Part shown: positions 27,437-39,113 of the stretch, piece after piece
How the letters are laid out: each line of letters begins with the position of its first letter
Position numbering within the stretch: position 1 is the first letter of the stretch
DNA from: Octopus bimaculoides
Taxonomy: Eukaryota
NCBI RefSeq assembly: GCF_001194135.2
Contig: NC_069004.1
Span: 21,220,013 to 21,284,012, forward strand
DNA length: 64,000 bases
Reading direction: 5' to 3'
Notes under the pieces: model-generated
The model's database searches: none
Seen by the model: the letters and a program-made list of their open reading frames with translations, nothing else
Told to the model about the DNA's origin: nothing
Program-made: the position numbers and the translations under genes

Positions 27437-27618
27437 TACCATATTTTAACGTGTATAAGGAATCCTATTTTGTCAAAACTTAGGTTAAAAAATATGGGAG
27501 TTTCTTATACATAGATAATATTATAATCCCTTACAAAACCTTTTTTCCAAATTTTAAGCCCCCAAAATTAGGGGGTTCCTTATACACGAGGGTTCCTTAT
27601 ACATGTTAAAATACAATA
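27437..27618. mobile_element. Tc/mariner-type MITE
   Basis: TIRs taccatattttaacgtgtataag and cttatacatgttaaaatacaata (imperfect), with TA ends. Confidence 0.5.
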
Positions 27619-27664
27619 TATTTCCCAGTTACATATTGTTTATTTGTTCTTTCAAACCTTTCAG

Positions 27665-27856
27665 GAACATCAAGTTCGGAAGAAATTCGTCAATGCCTTG
27701 TATGAAAGGTTCCCAGACTTAGGTTTACATTATGTAATTGGTGGTCAGATTAGTATTGATGTCATACCTGAGGGCTGGAATAAAAGTTACTGCCTGAAAT
27801 ATGTTGAAAGAGATGGTTTCAAGACAATACATTTTTTCGGAGACAAGACACAGCCA
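27665..27856 (+). CDS. PMM2: Phosphomannomutase exon (equivalent to human PMM2 exons 6+7 fused)
   Basis: tttcag|GAA CAT CAA GTT CGG...AAG ACA CAG CCA|gtaagg gives EHQVRKKFV...IGGQISIDVIPEGWNKSYCL...HFFGDKTQP. 192 nt. Confidence 0.97.
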
Positions 27857-28394
27857 GTAAGGAAAACCATTTTGATATCTTGATTAATTGTTGTTGTTGT
27901 TGTTTAGCCCTAGGTCAGCCATGAGTGATCTGATTTATGATGAGAGCTAATCAAGCCAAGACTGTTCCTACCTTCTTTCAGGTCTTACATTATCTTGGAC
28001 GAGGTGCAGATGTGGCTGTGAAGTAAGAAGTTTGCTTCTCAAGCACATGGTTTTGAGTTCTTGTGCTACAACCCCAGACTGACCAAAGCCTTGTGAGTGG
28101 ATTTGGTAAAGAGAAACTATGTGGAACTCAATCGTGTGTGTGTGTGTGTGTATGTGTGTGTATATGTGTTACTGTCAACTTGTCTTGGCATTGCATAATA
28201 GTTACAAACGAGTGTCAGCATCATGCAAGCAATGTCCTTTGTTCCCCATTTTGCATGGAAAACATGTCTTGTCATGGGGAAAATATTATCTTAACTGGAA
28301 ACAGTTGAGGGTTAGCAACAGGAAGAGTGTCTGGCTGTAAGAATTTACCTCAATAAATTCCATTTGACCCTTGTAAACATGGAAAAATGGACAG

Positions 28395-28720
28395 GCGTGG
28401 CTATGTGGTAAGAAGTTTGCTTCTCAATCACATGGCTCTGTGTTTAGTCCCTTTATGTTGTACCTTGGGTAAGTGTCTTCTACTCTATCTTCAAGCTGAC
28501 CAAAGCCTTGTGAGTGGATTTGGTAGAAAGAAACTGAAAGAAGTCCTTTGTGTATGTGTGTGTATATGTGTTTGTCCCTGTAACTTAGCAGTTCAGTAAA
28601 AGTTATTGATAGAATAAGTATCAAGCTTAAAAAGAAAATAAGTAATGGAGTCGGTTCAGTTGACTAAAAACTCTTCAAGACAGTGCTGTAGCATGGCCAC
28701 AGTCTAATGACTGAAACAAA
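28395..28720 (+). mobile_element. SINE family B
   Basis: ggcgtggctatgtggtaagaagtttgcttctcaatcacatgg...gaccaaagccttgtgagtggatttggtag. A partial copy lies at about 28000-28110. Confidence 0.7.
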
Positions 28721-28799
28721 CAAAAGATTAGTTTAGTGTAGTTTGGCTGTCCTCCTGGATGCTTCAATGATTTCATGTGAGTATGCTTTTCAATGTCCT

Positions 28800-28975
28800 G
28801 AATGACTGAATGTTACATTCCTGTTAAGAATGGTTCTGAATGTTACATGGAGAACTCATTTGAGCAACGAGAAACTTTATCAAGATCTACCCAAAGTGAC
28901 TGAGACGATTCAGCAGAGAAGAATGAGAATTGCTGGTCATTGCATCAGGCATCCAGAAGAACCTGTGTGTCAATT
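28800..28975 (+). mobile_element. RTE-like LINE C-terminal fragment
   Basis: Hand translation LLRMVLNVTWRTHLSNEKLYQDLPKVTETIQQRRMRIAGHCIRHPEEP is typical of the post-RT region of RTE elements. Confidence 0.6.
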
Positions 28976-29743
28976 GAAGAAAGAATTAACAGGAAGAGTA
29001 AAAGATTAAAATGATGATGATGATGATTTCGATATCTAATGTAACTCATCTTTTTTAATACTGTAGGATGTCATTTGATAGGAATGTTTTTTGCTATTTT
29101 TGCTGATCAAAGGACTGCTTAAAGTCTTTATTGGTTTGTATTGTTGTCGTTTAGTCTATTGTTACTGTTCTTGAGTAAATCTACATTCATGACATTCCAT
29201 TAGTGATACAGGTATCTAGGATTAAGTTGCTCACTAATGTTTTTCTTTAATTGGGTGAGATCTAGCTGTTATTTCTAATAGAGCAAACAACTAAATACGT
29301 ATACACTCCCTCACTGGCTTCAATCAAATTAAGTCGTTGCTGTCATTTCGCTAAAGTCAACTCCAACTGAATAGTTGTTCCAACCATGACCATCCTGTCA
29401 CTTTATGGATATCCAATACGTCTTTTCTTCCTTTTCTTTAAAGATGGGTGTGTTTTGAGGGTAATTTGGCTATTACTTTTGGCAAGTTGAGCAACCAAGC
29501 AGAGACTCCTTCTTTTGTTATTATTGTTGATGAGGTGTAAGGCAGCATGCTGGCAGAATTGTTACTGCACCAGGCAAAATGCTGCTAAGCATTTTGCTCA
29601 TCTTTGTGTTTTGAGTTCAAATTCCACTGAAGTTCACTTTGCCTTTCATCCTTTCAGGGTCGATAAAATAAGTACTAGTCAATGTAATCAACTTACCTCC
29701 ACTCCTGAAATTGCTGGCCTTGTGCCAAAATTTGAAATAATTA

Positions 29744-31507
29744 CACTAGCCAACAAAATTAAATGCATTATACTCATTGTGAATGCAAACCAATTTTTTA
29801 AAGCTAATTTTTCATGCTGATTTCAAAATTTCACTCCATTTGTATGCCGCACTTATCAGTTTTTCAGTAGATAGATGCAAATATTTACATATTTGTATAT
29901 ATGAAATCATTAATGTAATAAATAAGGACATATTATATTTAGAAAGTAAATGAGTTTATTGAGTTAAAAATCATCACTGTCATTCTACAAAGAGTGAATA
30001 CACAAAAATGGGTCAGACAAAACAGACAAAGAACAACAGAGTTAGAAACATTGTGATTTGGATTTCCTGCAGTGTTCTTGATCTGGTTGATCATGGTAAA
30101 GTGTCCAGCAGTAGTCAGCCAGCAGACTGTCATTCCAGAAGCCTTGGCATTGTTTGTCCATAGCACTAATGTCCTGGTGAAATCTTTCATGTTCATCTGA
30201 CACTGCTCCAAGGTTATCTGCAAAGAAATACAGATGGGAGTCCAAGAAGTGAACTTTCAGTGACATGCGACATCCCATTGATGAGTAACATTTCAGAAGA
30301 TTCTTGATGCCATCCTTGTAGTCCATTGCCCAAGAAATTCTCACAGATCCAGTTGAAAGCATTCCAGGCAGGCATTTCCAGTTCGTCCAGTGTTGTCTTG
30401 AAGTTGACATCTTTGAGTACTTCTCTTTCAACTTCGCCTGTGTGATTTTGGGAAACTTTTCTACAATATACTCAAACCCTCTGGCATTTCTCTTCCCTAG
30501 TGTCTTTACAAACTGTTTCATCAGTCCAAGCTTTTTGTGCAAAGGATCATGATTTTGTGATAAACATTTGAAAAGTCCATTATGTTACTGCAAAAGCAAA
30601 GCAAGCCTTCAACAGAAAAACACATTTGTAGAACCACATTTCTCAGCCGAAAATAAGTTATACAAACACTGTGCTCTAGCAAATACTTCTCCTTCAGTCT
30701 TGATGCCAACAGTTCTCTTTATCTTTTGAGAGGGATAGTCCAGCTTGGGAAAATTTCTGAGGTTCAAAGCTATCGTCATCAGCTACGTAATATTCCTTAG
30801 CAGCACTATCATGACAGTCAACATCATCATATGATGTTTCAGTACCATCATGTGGTGGGGTCTCGTTGCAGAATCCAAATTGGGATACACAATTTTGTGT
30901 TTCTTTTTCACAGAAAATCCTGTGACATTTACTTTGCAAAAAGTGGTGCCCATAACTTGTCCATAACAGTCAAAGTACAGCTTATAAATCTTCTTGATTT
31001 CTGGTATTATTGTATGTTTTTGAGCTTTCACAATAAATTATCCATAGACATAACAAAACACATCAGGATGATTTCTACACTGTTTTGACATTGTTAACAC
31101 TGTAAAACAAGTAAAGAAATAGATACAAACAGTTATACTTATATTGTATTTGAGTTGATGAAATATTTCATCAGACCAATTATGACTGGACAATTTGAGA
31201 TGTTGAAATACTTATTTCATGAGATAAAACTTGATTGGTTAATTTAAGATGATGAAATATTGCATCTGAACTATGCAGCAATGAATAACATAGTTTATTT
31301 TAAAGGTATGTTTCCACGATGTAAATGGAATACATGCATACATATCATTAATTGGAATTTCTATATAATGCTAGAACCAAAGAACTTTCTCATCTTGAAA
31401 ACTGTACATGATGTCAAAAAAACTAACTGCATATTTGGAATCAGCATTAAAAACTACACTAAGTCCACCTTGACATATGCTTGATGAAAAATACTTGTTG
31501 ACCAGTG
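29744..31507 (-). mobile_element. Internally deleted DNA transposon, CMC/Chapaev3-like
   Basis: Termini CACTAGCCAACAA and TTGTTGACCAGTG. Transposase pieces: KIVYPNLDSATRPH; LHKKLGLMKQFVK; MSLKVHFLDSHL...GAVSDEHERFHQDI...ADYCW. The family name is from recollection. Confidence 0.8.
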
Positions 31508-31679
31508 TAATTATTGATGAGGTTTCTTTGTTCTTTCATTAGTGGAAAATGGAGAAGTTAACAAGTTAGCAGGGATTGCAGTTAGGGGTTTGAGCATCTG
31601 TATTAACTTAGGATAGACAGGACACAACTAGTAATATGCTTGCTTCTGCTGCTGCTACTATAGACAGGGCTACTGCTAC

Positions 31680-31712
31680 TATTACGACTAAAATTATTAC
31701 TACTACTTCTGT

Positions 31713-31770
<58 letters not shown>

Positions 31771-31786
31771 TCTTCTTCTTCTTTTT

Positions 31787-31816
<30 letters not shown>
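31680..31816. repeat. Compound (ACT)n-(TCT)n microsatellite
   Basis: Direct sequence; a (TG)n tract follows at about 31965-32013. Confidence 0.95.
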
Positions 31817-31817
<1 letters not shown>

Positions 31818-31958
31818 GCCCAGATATAAGTAGTAGTTAAGATGTACACTTCACAACCCCATATTCCTGGGTTTGATTTCACCCTGTACTGTAGGTGGAA
31901 CTGTCTTATACATTGTGAGTAGATTTTAGTAGATGGAATCTGACCTAAAGTCTGTTGT

Positions 31959-32014
<56 letters not shown>

Positions 32015-33478
32015 TATTTCATCAATGTATATTAGCAAGGAAACCAATGAACGTCATATATAATGGCTCGGGAAGGCCATTAAGCCACTAATGAACACAT
32101 GCACTGGTTGTATTTCACTTCCTCTTATTATTATTATTATTAATCTACGAGTTAACATTTAACCAACTGATTGTTTGATTAATCATTTGGTTAATCGATC
32201 AATTAGCTAGGTTTCTCAGTCCTTTTGTCACCATTTGCAACCTTATCAATGATATGCACTCTCTGCTGAATATCTGCTTCAAGTGTGTTTGTCTCTAAAT
32301 TTAATGATATCCTCATCATCATCATCATCCTTTAACATCCATTGTCTATGCTGGCATGGGTTGGACAGTTTGATCAGAGCTGGCAAGTTGGGGAGCTGCA
32401 CCAGGTTCCAGTCTGATTTGGCATGGTTTCTGCAGCTGGATGCTCTTCCTAACGCCAACCACTTTACAATGTGTGTCGGGTGCTTTTAATGTGGAACCAG
32501 CAACATGTGTACATTTATGTGGTACTGGCACGTGTACTTTTTATGTGGCACTGGCACAGGACTATATTTATATGGATGTAAGAATATAAGAGAAAGAGGG
32601 GAGACAGAGTGTGTGTATGTGTGTGTGTGCATGTGTGTGTGTGTGTGTGTGTGTGTGCGCGTACATGATTGTCCCTGTATCATGGTGTGAATTCTGAAGA
32701 GTGTGAAGGAGAACATGTACGTGTGTATTTCTGTCAAAATCTGTTTCAACACATGAACTCATGTCAAGAATCTCACAAACCAAATACAAAATTGCAATAA
32801 ACGGTACTTTGTTCATTGCACAAATGATCTCTTGTCACTCTCATTATCAAAAATGCAATGAGCCAATAACTGATTTGTATCTGGTAGAAAATTTTAGCAA
32901 ATGGTACAAATATATGCTCACTTACAGAATCATGTATTAAAAACAGATTCACTGAAACATACTGAATGCAACATGTATTTAAAAGCAATATTGTAATGGG
33001 CTATAGGATAAATTTGTTAATTTTTTTCTACTTGACATCCCAGCATCACATGTTTTAAAAGGGGTAAAATTTATTCTTCCTCTGCAACTTTTGTTGTAGA
33101 GGAAGAATAGAGCTAAAAAAAACTCACCAAAAACACTACAGTAAAACTAGGTTCTGTGGAACAGTGTTGTGTGTGGTCAATTGAAGCACTTTGTGTTGAA
33201 TTGATGTTTTTTCTTTCTTTCTTTTTGTCTTTCCTCTATTTTTTCCCTTGTTTTTCTTTCTTCATTCATTTTTGTGTTTTCTTCGATTCTGAATTTGTAT
33301 TTTAATGTGGTTCTTTTTTTTATCATATACGTATCATAAAAAGAAAATTGATTAATATGAAAATTTTTATGTTAATTTAAGTAACATTGGGAAAAACGAG
33401 AATAAATGAAAAAAAATTATTTGATAGCCCAATATCTTTTCTTGTTTCTTTATTCTCTCTCTCTCTCTCTCCCATCAG

Positions 33479-33583
33479 GGTGGCAATGATCATGAGATAT
33501 ATGAAGATAAACGCACTATTGGTCACATGGTGAAGAATCCTGATGATACCATACAACAACTTAATGAACTATTTTTGGGATGA
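33479..33583 (+). CDS. PMM2: Phosphomannomutase terminal exon (equivalent to human PMM2 exon 8)
   Basis: cccatcag|GGT GGC AAT GAT CAT GAG ATA...TTG GGA TGA gives [34 protein letters not shown]. Hallmark GGNDHEI motif. Confidence 0.95.
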   Translation, partial: GGNDHEIYEDKRTIGHMVKNPDDTIQQLNELFLG

Positions 33584-34445
33584 AAATTATCTATATATTT
33601 TTATTTGAATTATATTTTTATTATTTCAATTATTAGTGGGCATGTAAAAAAAAAAATACAAAGAAAGTTCTGGAAAAATGTAATGAAGATAAAAAAAAAA
33701 GAAATACAACTAACAAGTGAAGGAATATCTACTTCAGTGAGGGTCACCAAAGGATTTGGTTTGGTTTGGTACAACTGATCACTGCTTGGGTTGAAATCTG
33801 TTTACATGATTGATGGTTTATCTCTGAATTTTGGTTTATATTCTAGGCTGGAATGACTGTCTCAGTAATTTGTGTTTTGGTTCATCATCAATTAGAGTTC
33901 TCTGCAAGATTGTATATGTGAAGGTTTATAAGGTTTATATGCATGCATGCATATATATTATATAAATATAATATACATATAGAACAGAATTATATATACA
34001 TGCATATATATTTCGCTTAGGCATTGTGAGCCTAATAACCTGGTGTAGAACTCAATTTACATAGGCTTCCGAATGATGCATTGAGTACAGAATGGTTAGG
34101 AAAAAATAAAATGACAAAGGAATAAACGATTAACTTTATCATCATCATATTTGAGGCTCTGGTGAAGTTATAAGGTGTTACTCAAACACTCAACTATGAG
34201 TCCAGTGCATCTTATAGTAGAAACAGCTGTAAGCTAATTAAGTTCATAAGATAATTGTTTATTCCTTTGTCATATTATTTCCTTGTATATATATATATCA
34301 TCATCATCATCATCATCATCGTTTAACGTCCGCTTTCCATGCTAGCATGGGTTGGACGACTTGACTGAGGACTGGTGAAACTGGATGGCAACACCAGGCT
34401 CCACCGGAGCAAGCACATAAATGTGCAACAAGATGGAAAAAAGAG

Positions 34446-34483
<38 letters not shown>

Positions 34484-34785
34484 CCAGTTTGGGCTATCTC
34501 TAGTTTATATTTTAAGTTTTCAATATTGTATTGAAATTTTCAATTTCAATAACAAACTTTTACTCTACAGTATTGGCATTCTGAGAAAGAGAGTAAAAAA
34601 AGAAAGGTGGGGCAGGCAGCAGGCTTGCTGAAAAGATAAAAACCCTATCTAGATTCCACAAACAACCAATAAACCTCAACTTCCATTTCTGAATCCTTAC
34701 CAGTCTGAAGATACACATTACAATAGAAACCACCCATCACTGAGGTATTGAATCTACTCATTCCAATAGCACATACATAAATAAA

Positions 34786-35345
34786 ACAACAACAACAACA
34801 ACAAAAATCAGAAACTTGCTGCAAGGTGAGCACACAGCAGGAGAAATCTTCAGAGGAAGAACTCCCATCTGACAAGTATTTCAGCTCTTACTCCTGACAC
34901 ACTATGGGAGTCAGGCCATGACCCCTAGGTGTTCTGCTGCTTTCCAAAATCCTTTCCCCAGCATTCTTTTTGTGATCTTGTGTTCCCAGGTCTGTGTTTC
35001 AGACTACTAGGCCATGCTAACCACTGAAGGAACCAGTTCTCTTCTTCCTTATATTTCAGATAAATGGAATCTATAACTTGATCCATTAGTCATTTCTCTT
35101 TGCCCATATCCACATTGAGCTCTTTTCAGCAACATCAGATAAGCATTTGATTGTGGCAGTACTGCAACCTTTGATACCAAACTGTCCAAATAACTGGCAG
35201 GTTGATGCAGCTATGAATCCTTGTGATCCAACTTCAACTGGTTTCACAATACAATGGTAACCCTCTCTCCCTAGCTGCTTTACCAGCTCACCATATTTGC
35301 TCATCTTAAAGATGTGCTGCGAAACATTTTCCAAAAGGCAGTAAA
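34786..35345 (-). mobile_element. 3' end of a HERO-like non-LTR retrotransposon with (TTG)n tail
   Basis: ORF 35086-35334 (SKYGELVKQL...PVEVGSQGFIAAST...IKCLSDVAEKSSMWIWAKRND) resembles the C-terminus after the restriction-like endonuclease of HERO elements. It is followed by a 3' UTR and tail. Confidence 0.7.
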
Positions 35346-35399
35346 TACTATAGAATATCTAATAAACACAGAGTTTCCATATAAACAATAACAACAATA

Positions 35400-36100
35400 G
35401 TAATCAGAATTATAGATCAATAAATAGTAACAATGTCAACATAAGCAAACGAACCATAAGTAACCCAACTAGGCATCAGGATAGGAACTATGGTTTGATA
35501 ACCTATAAATGGAAGCTACCTGAACAAACTCCTGCATTAACCTGGAAGTGGAAGGTGTGAGTCCTAGAAAGTGCAGTACTCAATGTTTTTTATGTGGGTA
35601 AGAGTAATAACTAAGAAGAGAGACAGGAGAATTTAGAAATCACCTCTAGTGAAGATGAAGTGGAAACTATTAATGGAAGTAGTAGAACTATCAAAAGCGA
35701 TTGTGTAAGGAACAGGGTTTGCCTGCTTTACTCTAATTGTAGGTATAAAATTATTGTATACAAATGTAAGGTTACCTCAAAGACTTATTGGAGCTAGCTC
35801 ACATTATATCAAGCAATGATCCGCCAATCATTTAAATTCATTTAGAAATAGGGACAAAATGTTCACCACTAGCCTTAGTAAACTAATTTGGGCACTAACA
35901 GATAGTAACAAAGTATATTCAGTTGCCTTGGAAATAATTAGTAAGGCAAAACCTTATAGAATAGGTGATAACAGATGTACTTTTGTGCAGAAGAAATGTA
36001 CCAAATTTTCATTTCTAAATTTACTCAAGACAGGAACAGGCTCTAAGATATCCACACTTGAGAAAATGTATGTTTAAGCAATTTAAATAAACACAACTCA
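35400..36100 (+). mobile_element. PLE GIY-YIG endonuclease remnant with Asn-rich linker
   Basis: CVRNRVCLLYSNCRYKIIVYKCKV...(Y)IGASS...NHLNSFRNRDKMFTTSLSKLIWALTD...AKPYRIGDNRC. No RT motifs are seen adjacent. Confidence 0.7.
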
Positions 36101-36670
36101 CCATATATAGTAACTATGCTAGTTACAATAATGATTATAATAATTAATGATATTTATACTAATACTATTACTAATAATCCTTTCTACTATAGGCACAAGG
36201 CCTGGAATTTGGTGGAGAGGGATAGTGAATTACATCAATCCCAGTACTCAACTGGTACTTCGTTTATTGACCCCGAAAGGATGAAAGGTAAAGTCAATCT
36301 CGGTGGAATTTGAACTCAGAACTTAGCAGCAGACGAAATACCGCTAAGTATTTTGCCCAGTGTGCTAATGATTCTGCCAGCTTGCTGCCTTGATACTACT
36401 ACTAACAATAATATGAATTGAGGGTATAAACCCAATATAAGTAAAATATCTCTGAATAAATAATATACTCCATACAGTAACATGTAAACAAAACTTCTAC
36501 AATTGAAATCCAAATAAACATTTTAAAACCATGTTTCATCTGTGATAACAGCAGAGGTGATTATAAACCCAACATTCCATCGAATATAAAGAGTAACGCT
36601 ATTACTTCCAACTGAATACTAACACAGGACGCTTGTTTGAATCAGTTCACTTTGAAAACGTTGTGAGTGA

Positions 36671-36758
36671 TGAACCCTTGATGAAATTGCAACGACTAGA
36701 ATGCATAATTGCATACAAGGCAATGTGCAGTCACTGTAGTTGAAACATGCATAGGTCA
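36671..36758 (+). ncRNA. Decayed hammerhead ribozyme motif with extended stem II
   Basis: UGAACC-CUUGAUGA (one extra U), AAUUGCA...UGUAGUU (7-bp stem II base), GAAACAUGCAUA, then GGUCA. Confidence 0.45.
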
Positions 36759-38028
36759 GATGTATATGCCGTAGAAAAGTTTTTGGATGTGAATAAATCT
36801 CCACCCTTCCTTTCATTATCAAAGTTACAGCATCGCTTTACTGGCACGTGAAAAAACATTTGAGCGAGGTTGTTGCCAGTGCCACTGGACTGTCTCCTGT
36901 GCAGGTGGCATGTAAAAAACACCATTTGAGCGTGGCCGTTGCCAGTACCGCCTAACTTGCCCTCGTGCCAATGGCACGTAAAAGCACCCACTACACTCTT
37001 GGAGTAGTTGGCGTTAGGAAGGGCATCCAGCTGTAGAAACTCTGCCATATTAGATTGGAGCCTGGTGCAACGATCTGGTTCGCCAGTCCTCAGTCAAATC
37101 GTCCAACTCATGCTAGCATGGAAAGCGGACGTTAAACGATGATGATGATGATGATGCGTATATATATAATATATCTATACTATAATGGAGAAAGCCACTT
37201 ATCAATTAGGTATGTAACAATTACTAAAAGTACTAAAAGAAAGCAATTATTAAAGGGTTGACTGTCTGGAAATATTTTTATAAATTCATGTCTTAGAAAT
37301 TTCCTATAATTTCTATTTCTCAAGGTTATTGAATTTTTAAACTCCAGTTTGTTGCAAATTTAAATATTCATTGCATCCAATTCATCACAAATTTAAATAT
37401 TCATCACATTCACTGCAGAGTATTCCATTTTCATTTGCAAAGTCTCTCACTTTCTCTTTTAATGTTTTCATTTTAAGTTTTAATTTGCTATTTGGAAAAC
37501 TGACAGTTTATTCTATTAATGTATACATAATGTAAAAACATTATTTATTGAATGAAAATTTCTTAAAATACCTGTATAATTTTTGTAAAAAAATTTAAAA
37601 GTGATTTTGTTATTATGGCTGTTTGGAACGTTGTACGCCTTACAATGATAACTATCCAGACCAATTTTAGCCATTTTCCTCTTTAACNNNNNNNNNNNNN
37701 NNNNNNNNNNNNNNNNNNNNNNNNNNNNNNNNNNNNNNNNNNNNNNNNNNNNNNNNNNNNNNNNNNNNNNNNNNNNNNNNNNNNNNNNNNNNNNNNNNNN
37801 NNNNNNNNNNNNNNNNNNNNNNNNNNCTGTTAAACACATTTTATGGAATGATGATGCCGAAGTAATATGTGTAGTCCATTGATGGAAAAATAAAAAAATA
37901 AATTGTAATCCAAATTTTACCCCCACCTCAACCAAGCAAAGCTGTGTGTGTAAGAAAAAACATTTTCTAACCAAAAAGTATGCTATTAAAATGAATTATT
38001 GTTTACATAACTCTTTTTTAAAATCAAC

Positions 38029-38294
38029 AACAATTGCAGCATGGCAGATGTTTGTAAGCCATTCAAGAACACACAAAAAGTTTCACTCCAACATTTAAAT
38101 TTCATTTGTGTCAAAACATTCTTGTTGCTTTGAAACCGTAGCGTGTTCACTGACAAAATTTCGTGCTGCATCACTTTTGTGAAGTTTTGTCAGTGAACAG
38201 GTTGTGGTTTCAAAGTGACAAAATATTTTGACACAAATGAAATTTAAATGTTGGTGTTGTTGAATGGCTTAACACCTTCCACACTGCAATTGTT
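38029..38294. repeat. Long imperfect hairpin (MITE-like)
   Basis: Paired segments aacaattgcag/ctgcaattgtt, aacatttaaatttcatttgtgtcaaaa/ttttgacacaaatgaaatttaaatgtt and gttcactgacaaaa/ttttgtcagtgaac; centre at about 38170. Confidence 0.75.
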
Positions 38295-39113
38295 TTTGTT
38301 TCAGCACATGATCTCAAATCAAATCACTTGCTATTCAAGTACATCTCAGTAATTTTTTAAAATCACTGTGGATAAATGCCAGCAATGACCTTCTCAGACT
38401 TTCCAATATTTTAATTTCTAAACAGAAATAATTGGGAGCAGGAAGTGGGGTTGCAAAAAAAATTCATAATTTCTCAAATTTCCTTTTTTATAGCATATAA
38501 ATGTATTTATGGGGGAAAAATATTGAAAAAACATCAATACATGTGAGAGTAATAAAGAAACGAGGAGGATTCTCTTTGGATGTGTTAAAATCAACAGCTA
38601 AATTACCCTTAAATCACTCACTTTTCCCTCTGAAAATATTAACAATTTTTTTTTTTTTTACCAAAAATGCTCTTCCCATGGTTTTGAAGTGCAAAAGATA
38701 CCCATTTTCTTGAAAGTTATGAGGGAAAGAAGTCAGATCATGTAAGATTTTCAAAATTCCTCTCTACACCCCCCTGGAAAAATTATTTCCCATAAATCTC
38801 TATATACTCTGCAGCCACAATACCTAAGTGGTACTTGTAGAAAATTTTGTTTAAAAGTATCCATTTTTCTGGATGTTATGAGGCAACAAAACAGGGTGGG
38901 GTGCATACATCTGTAGTAATACCCCTTTTCATTTCATGTTTATTTCATTCATTGTTTACAGTGTTCTCTCTCCCCACTCTCTCTCTTTCACACACACACT
39001 GCAAAGCTTACAGATGGGCTGCTGAATTGTAATCTCTATGTTGCTTTGAGGAAAAAGTAAAACTTGACAAATTGCTTCTCTCTCTGTTGTTGAACTACCA
39101 TGATGTTTGTTTA

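Noticed and set aside
34700-34752. Minus-strand exon-like segment ending at gtaagg
   Set aside because: Weak acceptor, adjacent to a LINE tail, no recognisable protein; likely chance within or near the PMM 3' region.
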